In this document: positions 47,235-57,188 of the stretch, one piece after another
How positions within the stretch are numbered: the first letter of the stretch is position 1
Layout: every line of letters begins with the position of its first letter
Assembly: GCA_937903035.1 (NCBI GenBank)
Contig: CALCZP010000003.1
Location: 65,156-129,155, forward strand
Length of the DNA: 64,000 nt
Source: an uncultured bacterium
GTDB lineage: Bacteria; Patescibacteriota; Minisyncoccia; Phycocordibacterales; UBA9973
Direction of reading: 5' to 3'
The notes under the pieces: generated by a model
What the model saw: only the letters and a program-made list of their open reading frames with translations
Told to the model about the DNA's origin: nothing
The model's database searches: none
Position numbers and translations under genes: made by a program

Positions 47235-48380
47235 ATGAATCCACTTTCTTCACTTCCAAAACTTTCAGGTGCCCGTGTACTCGTTCGTGTTGACTTCAAT
47301 GTACCACTCAAAGGCAACAAAATCCTCGATACTCGACGTATCGATGCAAGCTTTAAAACCATTGATGTAGTACTTAAAAAAGGTGGCACTCCAGTGCTTC
47401 TCGCACACCTGGGCAAAGATGGTACAGAGAGTCTTCGTCCTGTTGCGACCTACCTTTCAAAGATCTACAAGATCGTGTTTGTCACTGAGGATCTGATGAG
47501 TGCTCATTTTGCCGAGATTCTCGCACAAGTACCAGCAAAGACTGTGGTCTTGATTGAGAACATTCGTCGGTATCCGGGAGAGGAGAGTAATGACAAAGCA
47601 TTTGCAAAGCGTCTCGCCTTATTCGGCACATACTATATCAATGACGCATTTTCTGTATCACACCGTGCACACGCGACAGTCGTCGGTATCCCAGCACTTC
47701 TTCCGTCATTTGTGGGTGCCACTTTGCAGTGTGAGATTGATGCAGAGTCTCCAGTCATCGAAGATCCAAAGCATCCATTTGTTTTTATCCTTGGTGGAGC
47801 AAAATTTGAAACTAAGATTCCGCTTATTGCGCGATTCATCAAGAGTGCAGACTCGATTGTTGTTGCAGGTGCAATATTGAACAACTTCTACAAAGTTGCA
47901 GGATTTGAAGTAGGGGACTCAGTCGTCGAGGATGGGTATGATATCCAGATCAAAAAGCTTCTCAAAGATCCAAAGCTTTTGCTCCCAATTGATCTCATGG
48001 TACTCCGTAATGATAAGAAGAAAACAGTAGCGGTAGACGAAGTGCAGAAAGGTGACATCATTGCAGACATCGGTCCTCGCAGTGTTGAACTCATCAGTGC
48101 AAAGATCGCCAAAGCAAAGCTTGTCGTTTGGAACGGCCCGACCGGTTGGTATGAAAAAGGCTTTACCAAGGCGACGACCGACCTCGCAAAGGCGATTAAT
48201 GCATCAAAGGTAAGTGCAGTCATTGGTGGAGGTGACACCGGTGCAGTCATTGAGAAGACCTTGGGAGACAGGGCCAACAAGAAACTCTTTATCTCGACAG
48301 GTGGTGGGGCAACACTCGACTACCTCTCAAAGGGTACCCTTCCGGGTATCAAGGCACTTGCCAAATCAAAAAAGATTTAG
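47235..48380 (+). CDS. pgk: Phosphoglycerate kinase
   Basis: RVDFNVP N-terminal signature and GGGA hinge/ATP-binding motifs; 381 aa. Confidence 0.92.
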   Translation: MNPLSSLPKLSGARVLVRVDFNVPLKGNKILDTRRIDASFKTIDVVLKKGGTPVLLAHLGKDGTESLRPVATYLSKIYKIVFVTEDLMSAHFAEILAQVPAKTVVLIENIRRYPGEESNDKAFAKRLALFGTYYINDAFSVSHRAHATVVGIPALLPSFVGATLQCEIDAESPVIEDPKHPFVFILGGAKFETKIPLIARFIKSADSIVVAGAILNNFYKVAGFEVGDSVVEDGYDIQIKKLLKDPKLLLPIDLMVLRNDKKKTVAVDEVQKGDIIADIGPRSVELISAKIAKAKLVVWNGPTGWYEKGFTKATTDLAKAINASKVSAVIGGGDTGAVIEKTLGDRANKKLFISTGGGATLDYLSKGTLPGIKALAKSKKI

Positions 48381-48422
48381 TATTGTAAACCAGGTTTATT
48401 CATAGAATATTGGATTATAACT

Positions 48423-48452
48423 GCCCCTGTTTCTACAGGGGCTTTTCTTTTT
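48423..48452 (+). terminator. Rho-independent terminator
   Basis: GCCCCTGTTTCTACAGGGGC plus TTTTCTTTTT. Confidence 0.7.
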
Positions 48453-48540
48453 CCCGGACAATTTGGAGAGCTTTTTATGTTATACTAGGTTCAAGATTCA
48501 CTACCGCTGAGTACTATAAAATCCGATTTCCGAAACAACA

Positions 48541-48572
48541 AAAGCCCGCTTTTTCTAGAGAGGGCTTTTTTA
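48541..48572. terminator. Terminator hairpin
   Basis: AAAAGCCCGCTTTTTCTAGAGAGGGCTTTTTT. Confidence 0.6.
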
Positions 48573-48974
48573 TTTGAGCGCAGTAGCAATTTTGCTAGCG
48601 TAAATAGTCAACTCCTCGGGGTTTTCATAGGGAACATAAGGTCGAGTTGTTATACCAACAGGATCAGTGAGTTTGCGGGGAATAAGGTGAATATGAAAGT
48701 GTGGGACTTCATTTCCGACAACGCCGACTTGGACATAGTCGCATCCGAGTCCTTTGCGCATAGCCTCAATAATCTCTTTTGCCTTAATGAATATCTCGCC
48801 GACAAGCGGGCTTGGTACGTCATGAATCCAGGTATAGTGCTCTTTGGGAATAAGGAGGGTGTGTCCTTTGTTTACCGGATTGATATCCATGAATGCCAAG
48901 AATTGTTCATCTTCATAGACTCTGGTTGCAGGGATTTCTCCTCGAATGATTTTGCCGAAAATAGTGTCGTTCAT
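48570..48974 (-). CDS. HIT family protein
   Basis: Histidine triad HFHIHLIP. Confidence 0.85.
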   Translation of the reverse strand: MNDTIFGKIIRGEIPATRVYEDEQFLAFMDINPVNKGHTLLIPKEHYTWIHDVPSPLVGEIFIKAKEIIEAMRKGLGCDYVQVGVVGNEVPHFHIHLIPRKLTDPVGITTRPYVPYENPEELTIYASKIATALK

Positions 48975-50658
48975 ATGGAAAAGTATACCATTTGGTTATG
49001 GTACAATCCGTCTCATGCAGGTTACTATTCCGAATCCAGAGCAATTGAAATCCCTCCTTCTCGAGTATTACAACATTGCTCCACATGAGACTGCTGACTT
49101 TCTTTCACCTAAATATGAACTCGGTGATCCATTTTTATTTCATGACATGGGTAGGGCGGTAGAGCGTATTTATCAAGCAGTCACAAGTAACGAACACATT
49201 GGTATTTATGCGGACTATGACTGTGATGGTATTCCTGCAGCGGTGATACTCCTTGATCTTTTTAAAAAGCTCGATATCGCTGATCGAGTGCATGTCTATA
49301 TTCCTGACCGACATGATGAAGGATATGGGGTGAGTACGCTTGGTATCAGTGGGCTTGAGAAATATGGAGTGACTGTCATCATTACGGTTGATGTCGGTAT
49401 TACTGCAGTTGCAGAAATAGCTGACGCACAAGCACGAGGTATCGACGTGATACTTACTGATCACCATCAAGAGCTCGCAAGTGGTCTCCCTCAAGCATAT
49501 GCGGTGGTGCATCCATGCAAGAGTGACTATCCGAGTACAGATCCATGCGGGGCGGCGATGGCATTTCATCTCGTCCGTGCGTATGTTGCGCGATATGGCA
49601 AGGACGCAGGGATTATTGACGGGTGGGAGAAGTGGCTTTTGGATCTCGCAGGTTTTGCTACGCTTTCGGATATGGTACCGCTTCGTGGAGAAAATCGCGC
49701 ACTCGCAGGCTTTGGACTATCGGTGATGAAGAAAACTCGTCGTGTCGGCCTTCAAGCACTTTTTGCTAAAAACAAGCTCATGATGCCAATGCTCACTGAG
49801 ACTGATCTTACCTTTACGGTTGCACCACGACTCAACGCCGCGTCTCGTATGGATACACCCCAGCTTGCATTTGAACTCCTCTCGACTGACTCACTATCTC
49901 GCGCGACAGCGATCGTCGATCGACTTGATGAGATCAATGCCGAGCGCAAACTTCTCGTTGCACGTATTGTGAAGACTGCACATGCCCATCTCGCAGGTCG
50001 TGAACTCCCAGCTATCGTCGTCGTAGGGGATCTCGAGTGGCGTCCAGCAGTACTTGGACTGGTAGCCAACAAACTCCAAGAACACTACAAGCGAAGCTTT
50101 TTTGTCTGGGGTGAGGCAGGGGATGGCGTCATCAAAGGCTCATGCCGTATGCAGCCTGAGCACCATGCGGCATTGCTATTCCAAGCGCTTCCTGAGAGTG
50201 CATTACTTCATGCAGGAGGACACCAAGCAGCGGGAGGATTTGCTGTGTCCAAAGAGCAAGTGCATTTTCTCGAAGCTGCACTGAACGATGCAGCATCTCG
50301 TACTGAATATGTCGAGGATACATCTGATACATCTCCTGCAATCCCGCTACCACTTGCTGCAGTGACGACACGACATCTTCAAGCGATACGACAATTCGCA
50401 CCCTTTGGTGTTGGTAACCCCGAGCCACTCTTTCTCTTTGAAAACGTCACGGTTGATAGTGTCAAAATGTTTGGAAAATCTAAAGAGCATATCGAATGCA
50501 CGGTGCGCGATATCACGGGCATGGCGACTACATTTTCTTTCTTTGCATCTGATGAACTCATCGAGAAACTGGTCGCAGATACCATCATTTCATTTACAGG
50601 TACACTCGAAGCCGGCTGGCGCGGGGGAGTACGGATACATTTGAAAGAAATAACATAA
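48946..50658 (+). CDS. recJ: Single-stranded-DNA-specific exonuclease RecJ
   Basis: DHH motifs (YADYDCDGI, DHH); DHHA1; the biologically likely start is the internal ATG 49015, which avoids a 29-nt divergent overlap with hit. Confidence 0.85.
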   Translation: MILPKIVSFIWKSIPFGYGTIRLMQVTIPNPEQLKSLLLEYYNIAPHETADFLSPKYELGDPFLFHDMGRAVERIYQAVTSNEHIGIYADYDCDGIPAAVILLDLFKKLDIADRVHVYIPDRHDEGYGVSTLGISGLEKYGVTVIITVDVGITAVAEIADAQARGIDVILTDHHQELASGLPQAYAVVHPCKSDYPSTDPCGAAMAFHLVRAYVARYGKDAGIIDGWEKWLLDLAGFATLSDMVPLRGENRALAGFGLSVMKKTRRVGLQALFAKNKLMMPMLTETDLTFTVAPRLNAASRMDTPQLAFELLSTDSLSRATAIVDRLDEINAERKLLVARIVKTAHAHLAGRELPAIVVVGDLEWRPAVLGLVANKLQEHYKRSFFVWGEAGDGVIKGSCRMQPEHHAALLFQALPESALLHAGGHQAAGGFAVSKEQVHFLEAALNDAASRTEYVEDTSDTSPAIPLPLAAVTTRHLQAIRQFAPFGVGNPEPLFLFENVTVDSVKMFGKSKEHIECTVRDITGMATTFSFFASDELIEKLVADTIISFTGTLEAGWRGGVRIHLKEIT

Positions 50659-50687
50659 AAAGACCGAATATCTGTTCGGTCTTTTTA
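50658..50687. terminator. Bidirectional terminator
   Basis: AAAAAGACCGAATATCTGTTCGGTCTTTTT. Confidence 0.7.
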
Positions 50688-50689
50688 TG

Positions 50690-51097
50690 TTATTTCTTTT
50701 CTTCAAGGAGTTTGATGATCTTGTCGAGCTTATTTTCTTCGATGGCGTCGAGACGTTTCATAAGTCCTTCAATTTCTTCTTTTGCCTGAAGGTTGGTTTC
50801 GTAGTCAGCGGTTGCCTGTGCATGATCGCGTTCGCTCTGACGTTTTTCACTAATAAGAATAAATGTTGAGAGGAAGATTGCTTCAAGCGAGACGATCATG
50901 GTGAGGAGTCCATAGGGGAATCCTTCGACGCGAAAAGCGATCCATACAAAGAACCAGATTGCGTGAATGATCAAGAATGTCCATGATCCTGCAGCGTTTG
51001 AGATCATATCGGCAACCTTTTGACCAAGGGTGCGGTTCGCCATATGTTCTTCGTGCCATGCTTTGGTGTGTCGGGGTAATGGAGTCATATGCATCAT
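50690..51097 (-). CDS. DUF1003 family membrane protein
   Basis: Two TM helices plus coiled-coil tail; pattern typical of DUF1003. Confidence 0.6.
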   Translation of the reverse strand: MMHMTPLPRHTKAWHEEHMANRTLGQKVADMISNAAGSWTFLIIHAIWFFVWIAFRVEGFPYGLLTMIVSLEAIFLSTFILISEKRQSERDHAQATADYETNLQAKEEIEGLMKRLDAIEENKLDKIIKLLEEKK

Positions 51098-51117
51098 GAT
51101 ACTGCTATACTGTCGAT

Positions 51118-51849
51118 ATGAAAAGCGACATCATTATTTATACCGACGGGGCATCCCGAGGCAATCCTGGTCCGGGCGGCTGGGCTGCTATTATTCTGAC
51201 TGATAAAAATGCCATTGAGCTTGCGGGTGCGCAGAAGCCAGCGACCAACAACCAGATGGAGCTCATGGCAGTTGCCGAGGCGCTCCAATATGTAATGGAC
51301 GAATCTGCGGGTACGGTACCCGAAGTCGCACTCCACACTGACTCGACCTACGTACTCAAAGGACTCGAGTCATGGCTTGATGGCTGGCAGCGTAACGGCT
51401 GGATGACCAAAGCCAAGACGCCGGTTGAGAACCGTGCGATCTGGGAACGACTCTATGACTTGCGCCAAGCATTTGGTCGCAAGCTTACGCTCGTCAAAGT
51501 CGCAGGACACAGTGGCCATGCGTACAATGACCGGTGTGATGAGATGGCGGTGGCTGCAGCGCTCGGCAACGATACAAATCTTTTTGAAGGTGCTCGCTCT
51601 GAATACGAAACACGCCTCCTCGAAACACCACCCAAATCTCCACCTAAAAAAGCCACATCCAAATCAAACAAAGGCGAAGCGTATTCATATGTCTCACTCG
51701 TCGGTGGTAAAGTCCATGTCGATAGTACGTGGGCAGCATGTGAAAAGCGCGTCAAAGGCACCAAGGGCGCAAAGTATAAAAAAGCCCTTTCCAAAGCTGA
51801 TGAGACTTCACTCATTCAGGATTACACACTTTCTTCATTGCTTGGGTAA
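51118..51849 (+). CDS. rnhA: Ribonuclease HI with a C-terminal hybrid-binding (Cauli_VI-like) domain
   Basis: Catalytic YTDGASRGNPGPGG ... MELMA ... ; C-terminal YSYVSLVGGKVHVDSTWAACEKRVKGTKGAKYKKALSKADE. Confidence 0.85.
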   Translation: MKSDIIIYTDGASRGNPGPGGWAAIILTDKNAIELAGAQKPATNNQMELMAVAEALQYVMDESAGTVPEVALHTDSTYVLKGLESWLDGWQRNGWMTKAKTPVENRAIWERLYDLRQAFGRKLTLVKVAGHSGHAYNDRCDEMAVAAALGNDTNLFEGARSEYETRLLETPPKSPPKKATSKSNKGEAYSYVSLVGGKVHVDSTWAACEKRVKGTKGAKYKKALSKADETSLIQDYTLSSLLG

Positions 51850-51890
51850 TCTTTAACTATTTTTGATACTGCCGATCATATACTCACGAT

Positions 51891-53348
51891 ATGATCGAAT
51901 TCATTGCACTCTCGCTCACCTGTGGGGCACTCATGTATCAGTCGTTTCATGTGTCGATCGTAGATAGTGCAATACTTTCGTGTTTCATAGCGTCTGGAAT
52001 GTTTCTCATGATTCGGACGATGCGAGGAATGTTATTTGGATTGTTACTTGGTGTCTCGTTTGTCTGTGGCACACTGCTCATGTGGCAGCATGATGAACTT
52101 GTACCAAAAAGTATCTTTAGCGATCGAGCATTTGATGCACGAGTTGTGTCAGTTGATCGCAAGCTCGACAAGACTGTACTTGTCGTGAATGACAGACTCT
52201 ATGATACAAAACTCAGTGTCACTTTATACTCGCATCAGAAGCTCTTGCCAGGTGATAACATTGCGATCACTGGAAGTGTTATGGAGCCTGAAGATTTTGC
52301 AACCGATACGGGGCGTATTTTTCCCTATCAGGAGTATCTCGCTAGTAAGGGGGTAGTCGGGGTAGTGCATCGTGCGAATGTCCATCTGGTATCACAAGGA
52401 GGTTTCACCCTATCGCGCATCGCCACAATACTTCGGTTTCATATTGCGGACGTATTTACACAATACGTTTCATTTCCGATTGATGGAGTACTTGCGGGAA
52501 TGCTTGTCGGCTATCAAGGCGGTTTACCGGATACGATACAAGATGTGTTCAAAGAAACGGGTGTGCTCCATGTGCTAGTACTCAGTGGGTACAACATTAC
52601 ACTGCTTGCAGGATTTCTCGGACTTCTCATGCGCAGGCTTCCGTTTCGATTACGAACAATCTTGATCATTATATGTATCACACTCCTCGTTCTCATTAGT
52701 GGTGCAGGAGTCGCAAGTGTACGTGCAGGCGTGATGGGATCTATTGCACTCTTTGCGGGACTGTCGATTCATACCTATCGTCCACTTCGCGCACTCACGA
52801 TTGCATATTTATTCTTTTTCATATTGTCACCCTCAACCGTATTTATTGATCCTGGCTTTCATCTGTCATTTCTTGCAACACTGTTTATGATTCTCGTACT
52901 TCCAAAAATTGAAAGATGGTTTCACTTCATTCCGTCTACTCCCTATGTTGATATTAGGGAACTACTTCTCCTTGCAATACTCGTGCCGATATTCATGCTG
53001 CCCTACACGATGTACTTCAATGGAAACGTCCCGCTCGCATCTCCGTTTGCGAATATTTTACTCGCACTCGTGACACCACTAATTATGCTTGTCGGAATTG
53101 TGCTGTTGAGTGTTTCATGGATTCCATTTATTGTGTCACTTGTTGGAATGTTGATTAGCTTAATTGGACAATTCATCATATCGTTACTCCAAGTATTGAA
53201 TCACCTCCCTATATGGAACACTCCACCGCTTGCGTGGTGGAGTGTGGATCTCATCTATATTGCATTTCTCGTGTGGTTGTTTCGAGTAGAGCTTATGACG
53301 TACGTGTTGCAGCTTGGAAGTTTGCTTCGGCGACGGACCAGTTCATAG
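51891..53348 (+). CDS. comEC: ComEC/Rec2 family DNA internalisation channel (membrane part only)
   Basis: DUF4131 plus the Competence domain (HVLVLSGYNITLLAG); many TM helices; no MBL domain in this ORF. Confidence 0.8.
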   Translation: MIEFIALSLTCGALMYQSFHVSIVDSAILSCFIASGMFLMIRTMRGMLFGLLLGVSFVCGTLLMWQHDELVPKSIFSDRAFDARVVSVDRKLDKTVLVVNDRLYDTKLSVTLYSHQKLLPGDNIAITGSVMEPEDFATDTGRIFPYQEYLASKGVVGVVHRANVHLVSQGGFTLSRIATILRFHIADVFTQYVSFPIDGVLAGMLVGYQGGLPDTIQDVFKETGVLHVLVLSGYNITLLAGFLGLLMRRLPFRLRTILIIICITLLVLISGAGVASVRAGVMGSIALFAGLSIHTYRPLRALTIAYLFFFILSPSTVFIDPGFHLSFLATLFMILVLPKIERWFHFIPSTPYVDIRELLLLAILVPIFMLPYTMYFNGNVPLASPFANILLALVTPLIMLVGIVLLSVSWIPFIVSLVGMLISLIGQFIISLLQVLNHLPIWNTPPLAWWSVDLIYIAFLVWLFRVELMTYVLQLGSLLRRRTSS

Positions 53349-53886
53349 TTGCAAAGAAGTCCTCAACGTACTGTTTCTTGCCGCTTGGCTGGTAGTCAGC
53401 GACATATGCGTGCTCCCACATATCAAGCGCGATGATAATGTCGCATCCGGCAAGTTGTCCGAGGTGCTGCTCGTCTACCCATCCAGGGAGGATCATATCA
53501 GTAGCACAGTCGTAGTAGAGCATCGCCCAGCCGATACCACGTGTCATCGCAATCATCTTCATACGCGTGATGAAGGTTTCGATTGAGCTCCATTGTGCAA
53601 TAATTTTCTTGTAGAGGGCTGATTCTGGATTTGGTGCCTGTGCACCAGAGAGGAGCTCAAAGTACACCTCATGGTTCTTGATACCACCCCATTCAAATGA
53701 AAATCTGCGCTGAAGCTCACCGAGCTCATACGCGTATTTCTCAGCATCTTTGGAGAGCTCGACGCCATGCTCCATGATGAGGTTGGCATGCTTTACATAG
53801 CCCGCATAGAGCTTCTTGTGCTCGTCGTGGGTCGTAGTACTAATCTTGCCAAACGGCTGTGGGGAAAATGATTTTTCGATAAACAT
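53293..53886 (-). CDS. Fe/Mn superoxide dismutase
   Basis: C-terminal DMWEHAYY-like DMWEHAYVADYQ; N-terminal His ligands; start placed at internal ATG 53886; the ORF extends to 53952. Confidence 0.8.
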   Translation of the reverse strand: MFIEKSFSPQPFGKISTTTHDEHKKLYAGYVKHANLIMEHGVELSKDAEKYAYELGELQRRFSFEWGGIKNHEVYFELLSGAQAPNPESALYKKIIAQWSSIETFITRMKMIAMTRGIGWAMLYYDCATDMILPGWVDEQHLGQLAGCDIIIALDMWEHAYVADYQPSGKKQYVEDFFATMNWSVAEANFQAATRTS

Positions 53887-54046
53887 AAGGAAAGTATATA
53901 TGAAAAACCAAAAGAAGTACCGCTCAAAACACGCGCATATTTTTGTGCTCAAAAATTGTTATTCTCGCGCCAGTCGCGCTTGCGAAATGTGTTTATCACG
54001 GTACTTCTTTTGGTTTTTCTTGAAGTACTCGTAGTAGAATCTAGTA

Positions 54047-54922
54047 ATGCAACGTAAATCTCGCAATCTCTTGCTTCTCCTTATTGCAATATTTACTCTT
54101 GGTATCTATTGCTTTACACATCAACCAAAAGGAGTGACTGATGTTTCACTTGGCCATGTCTATATGCTCGATGTGGGGCAGGGTGATAGCTTTTTGATAC
54201 AGGCTCCAAATGGCCGGCAGCTACTCATTGATGGTGGCAAGGATTCAAAAGTACTGCGTGAGCTTGTTAACGTCATGCCCGTAGGTGATCGATCGATTGA
54301 TGTGGTGATTGCGACACATCCGGACGCGGATCATGTCGGTGGACTTGCGTCAGTACTGAGTCGATATCAAGTTGATTTATTCATGACGACACAGGCAGCG
54401 TCGGACACTGATGTGTATATGGAACTTATGAAGCTAGTCGCTGACCAGCAGATCCCTGCATACTACGCGCGCCACGGCATAACGCTCATGCTCGACCGAC
54501 AGCACCAGACGAGATTTTCAATACTATTTCCTGATCGTGATACGAGTGGCTGGGAGACTAATACTGCATCAATAGTTGGGAGACTTGATATTGGTAAAAC
54601 CAGCGCACTTTTTACAGGTGATAGTCCACTATCAATCGAGCAGTACCTCGCAAAAAAAGCTGATCCAAAAAGTATTGATGTTGACATCTTGAAGCTCGGT
54701 CATCATGGCTCTAAAACGTCATCAAGTCTTGAATACCTGAGGGCAACATCGCCTATACTTGCACTGATCTCTGCTGGCTATCACAACAGCTATGGACATC
54801 CTGCACCAGAAGTCGTTTCGCGTCTCCTGTCACTCAAGATCCCATCCATAAGTACGATCGACAAAGGCACCGTCACGCTTTCAAGTGATGGCGTGAAATG
54901 GATGACACAAACTGAGAAATAA
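54047..54922 (+). CDS. MBL-fold metallo-hydrolase, ComEC C-terminal-domain-like (stand-alone)
   Basis: Signal/TM anchor; HPDADHVGG and LKLGHHGSKTSSS motifs. Confidence 0.75.
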   Translation: MQRKSRNLLLLLIAIFTLGIYCFTHQPKGVTDVSLGHVYMLDVGQGDSFLIQAPNGRQLLIDGGKDSKVLRELVNVMPVGDRSIDVVIATHPDADHVGGLASVLSRYQVDLFMTTQAASDTDVYMELMKLVADQQIPAYYARHGITLMLDRQHQTRFSILFPDRDTSGWETNTASIVGRLDIGKTSALFTGDSPLSIEQYLAKKADPKSIDVDILKLGHHGSKTSSSLEYLRATSPILALISAGYHNSYGHPAPEVVSRLLSLKIPSISTIDKGTVTLSSDGVKWMTQTEK

Positions 54923-54944
54923 CAGACCCTGATATACTAGGAGT

Positions 54945-55376
54945 ATGAAAAAATTCTTCACCAAATTTCACATCTATCTCAGTCACCATTCATTTCTCTA
55001 TGCACTGATTGTGGGATTTGGCATCGTCTTGTTTTGGCGCGGAGTATGGCACAGCGTGGATTTGCTGCATCTGTACATCAGTCACTACCATGCAACAGCG
55101 TCAATCGATCTTGTAGAACATCCATGGTGGGACGGACCATTATCACTTATTGTGGGTACCGTTATTCTCTATATTACTCGAGCATTTGTCTCAAGCTTCA
55201 TTGGTAATGAGCTTATCCTGTCAGGGCTTCGAACAGAAACAAAACTGACTGAACAGACTGATAGTGATGTTAGAGGAGAAGTACATGCCATCACTGACAT
55301 CAAAGAGGAAATCTCACTCATCATGCACAAGCTCGAAGAACTCGAAGTGAAAGTTCGAGATCATCACGAGAAATAG
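54945..55376 (+). CDS. Hypothetical membrane protein
   Basis: 143-aa ORF; two TM helices; coiled-coil tail. Confidence 0.45.
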   Translation: MKKFFTKFHIYLSHHSFLYALIVGFGIVLFWRGVWHSVDLLHLYISHYHATASIDLVEHPWWDGPLSLIVGTVILYITRAFVSSFIGNELILSGLRTETKLTEQTDSDVRGEVHAITDIKEEISLIMHKLEELEVKVRDHHEK

Positions 55377-55378
55377 AA

Positions 55379-55606
55379 TTATTTTGTATCAATCTGAATC
55401 GAGTGCTTGCCCCAGTGGATTCTGTTCCATGCGCGCTCGTGGACGAAGTACAAAAGGAGGCTAATCATATTTGAGATAAGGACAAGCATGATGGTCTGCT
55501 GTGCATTGTGCGTGATAGCCCAGGCAAGTAAGCTATCCATAATGATAGAGAGGAGGCGATAGGTGAGGGCTTTGATGATCGAACGGCTACGTTTTTCTTT
55601 GTGCAT
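55379..55606 (-). CDS. Small membrane protein (DUF2061-like)
   Basis: 75-aa ORF with two TM helices. Confidence 0.45.
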   Translation of the reverse strand: MHKEKRSRSIIKALTYRLLSIIMDSLLAWAITHNAQQTIMLVLISNMISLLLYFVHERAWNRIHWGKHSIQIDTK

Positions 55607-55660
55607 CCAAGAAGTATACCAAAGAAAAAAGTGCTCATCCTGAGCACTTTTTTCGAGAAA

Positions 55661-55906
55661 TTATTTTACGAGACCAGCTTTCTTGAGGGTGCTGTATGCA
55701 CCGTTTTTCTGGATGGTCTTGAGACCACGAGTTGAAACGGTGATAACGATAGTCTTGTTGAGTTCAGGGACAAATACCCGTTTCTTTTGGAGGTTTGCGT
55801 ACTTGCGGGTCGCCGGGATCGGGTTGTACTTGGTCGCACGAACAGAGTTGGAGTAACCTCCGACAACCTGTGAGCTTTTATTGGTGATAGCGCATACTTT
55901 TGCCAT
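55661..55906 (-). CDS. rpmB: 50S ribosomal protein L28
   Basis: MAKVCAITNK ... from internal ATG 55906; the ORF extends to 55984. Confidence 0.85.
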   Translation of the reverse strand: MAKVCAITNKSSQVVGGYSNSVRATKYNPIPATRKYANLQKKRVFVPELNKTIVITVSTRGLKTIQKNGAYSTLKKAGLVK

Positions 55907-56064
55907 ATGTCCGAGAATCCTATCATACGGCTGCCTCTTTCGCAACAAGTACCACGCCATAGATACATATTCCTCTAAAACCACAACATTTTTTAGCAGA
56001 AAAATGTCTCCGTACGATCCCAGTCAGGGCTCCGGAGGTTTTTCTCGCAACATGTATCTATGGC

Positions 56065-56709
56065 ATGGTATCCTTGTATATCTTTATGACCGGACCGCTT
56101 TCCATCTTTTATTTCATCGTCCTCATCTTCTCAATCATTGTGCATGAGGTTGCGCATGGACTTGCTGCTGAGCAAGAAGGGGATCCGACTGCAAGACTCC
56201 TTGGACGTATTACGCTCAATCCACTCAAACACATTGATATTTTTGGCTCAATCCTCCTTCCCTTGGTCCTTATACTGACGAATGCAGGTTTCATTCTTGG
56301 CTGGGCAAAGCCGGTCCCGTACAACCTTCAAAACCTCAATAATGGGAATAAAAGCGTCGCTAAAGTTTCTAGTGCGGGCATTGTTGCCAATCTCTCAATT
56401 GCGGTCATTTTTGGACTCCTCATCCGTGCAGGGTTGGCGTTTGGCTTTGCAAATGCTGCATTAATTCAGATTTCAAGCATTATTGTTCTCGTTAATATTA
56501 TCCTTGCACTCTTTAATGCGGTCCCACTTGCACCACTTGATGGCTTCAGATTTCTGGGAGCAATACTTCCTCGTCGTGCAGAGCCTACGATGCGCTTTAT
56601 TGAGCAGTACAGTTTGCCGCTTCTCATTGCTTTTATTCTCTTTGGGTGGAAAGTGGTGGCACCATTTGGCTTTGTACTGTTTTCACTGATTACTGGGATT
56701 GCCGTCTAG
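56065..56709 (+). CDS. Site-2 protease family zinc metallopeptidase (M50)
   Basis: HEVAHG HExxH within TM helices; alternative start 56089. Confidence 0.75.
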   Translation: MVSLYIFMTGPLSIFYFIVLIFSIIVHEVAHGLAAEQEGDPTARLLGRITLNPLKHIDIFGSILLPLVLILTNAGFILGWAKPVPYNLQNLNNGNKSVAKVSSAGIVANLSIAVIFGLLIRAGLAFGFANAALIQISSIIVLVNIILALFNAVPLAPLDGFRFLGAILPRRAEPTMRFIEQYSLPLLIAFILFGWKVVAPFGFVLFSLITGIAV

Positions 56710-56757
56710 TCACCAAATGCTTGCGTTCTCTCGCGTGTTGTAGTAGCATAGCGGGAC

Positions 56758-57180
56758 ATGGCTCGAATTAGTCAACTTATCAAACGTCCTCGCGTGAATG
56801 TGCGCCGCAAAACAAAAGCGGTTGCTTTGTCACTCGGTACCAACGCGATTCACAATCGTCCAGTCTTTTATCCGTCTCCATTTAAACGTGGAGTGTGCAC
56901 TAAGGTGTCTACTACCACTCCAAAGAAGCCAAACTCAGCTATCCGAAAGATCGCTCGTATTCGTCTCACGAATGGCAAGGAGGTTACCGCTTATATTCCA
57001 GGTGAAGGTCACAACCTCCAGGAACACTCAGTGGTTATGATCCGTGGTGGCCGTGTAAAAGACTTAATTGGTGTGCGTTATCACGTTGTTCGCGGTGTTC
57101 TTGATACCCAGGGTATCGACAAGCGACGCAAGTCACGTTCTATGTACGGAACCAAGCGCCCAAAGGCAGCTAAGAAATAA
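56758..57180 (+). CDS. rpsL: 30S ribosomal protein S12
   Basis: PKKPNSA(I)RK and C-terminal S12 signature. Confidence 0.92.
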   Translation: MARISQLIKRPRVNVRRKTKAVALSLGTNAIHNRPVFYPSPFKRGVCTKVSTTTPKKPNSAIRKIARIRLTNGKEVTAYIPGEGHNLQEHSVVMIRGGRVKDLIGVRYHVVRGVLDTQGIDKRRKSRSMYGTKRPKAAKK

Positions 57181-57188
57181 TATCTATC

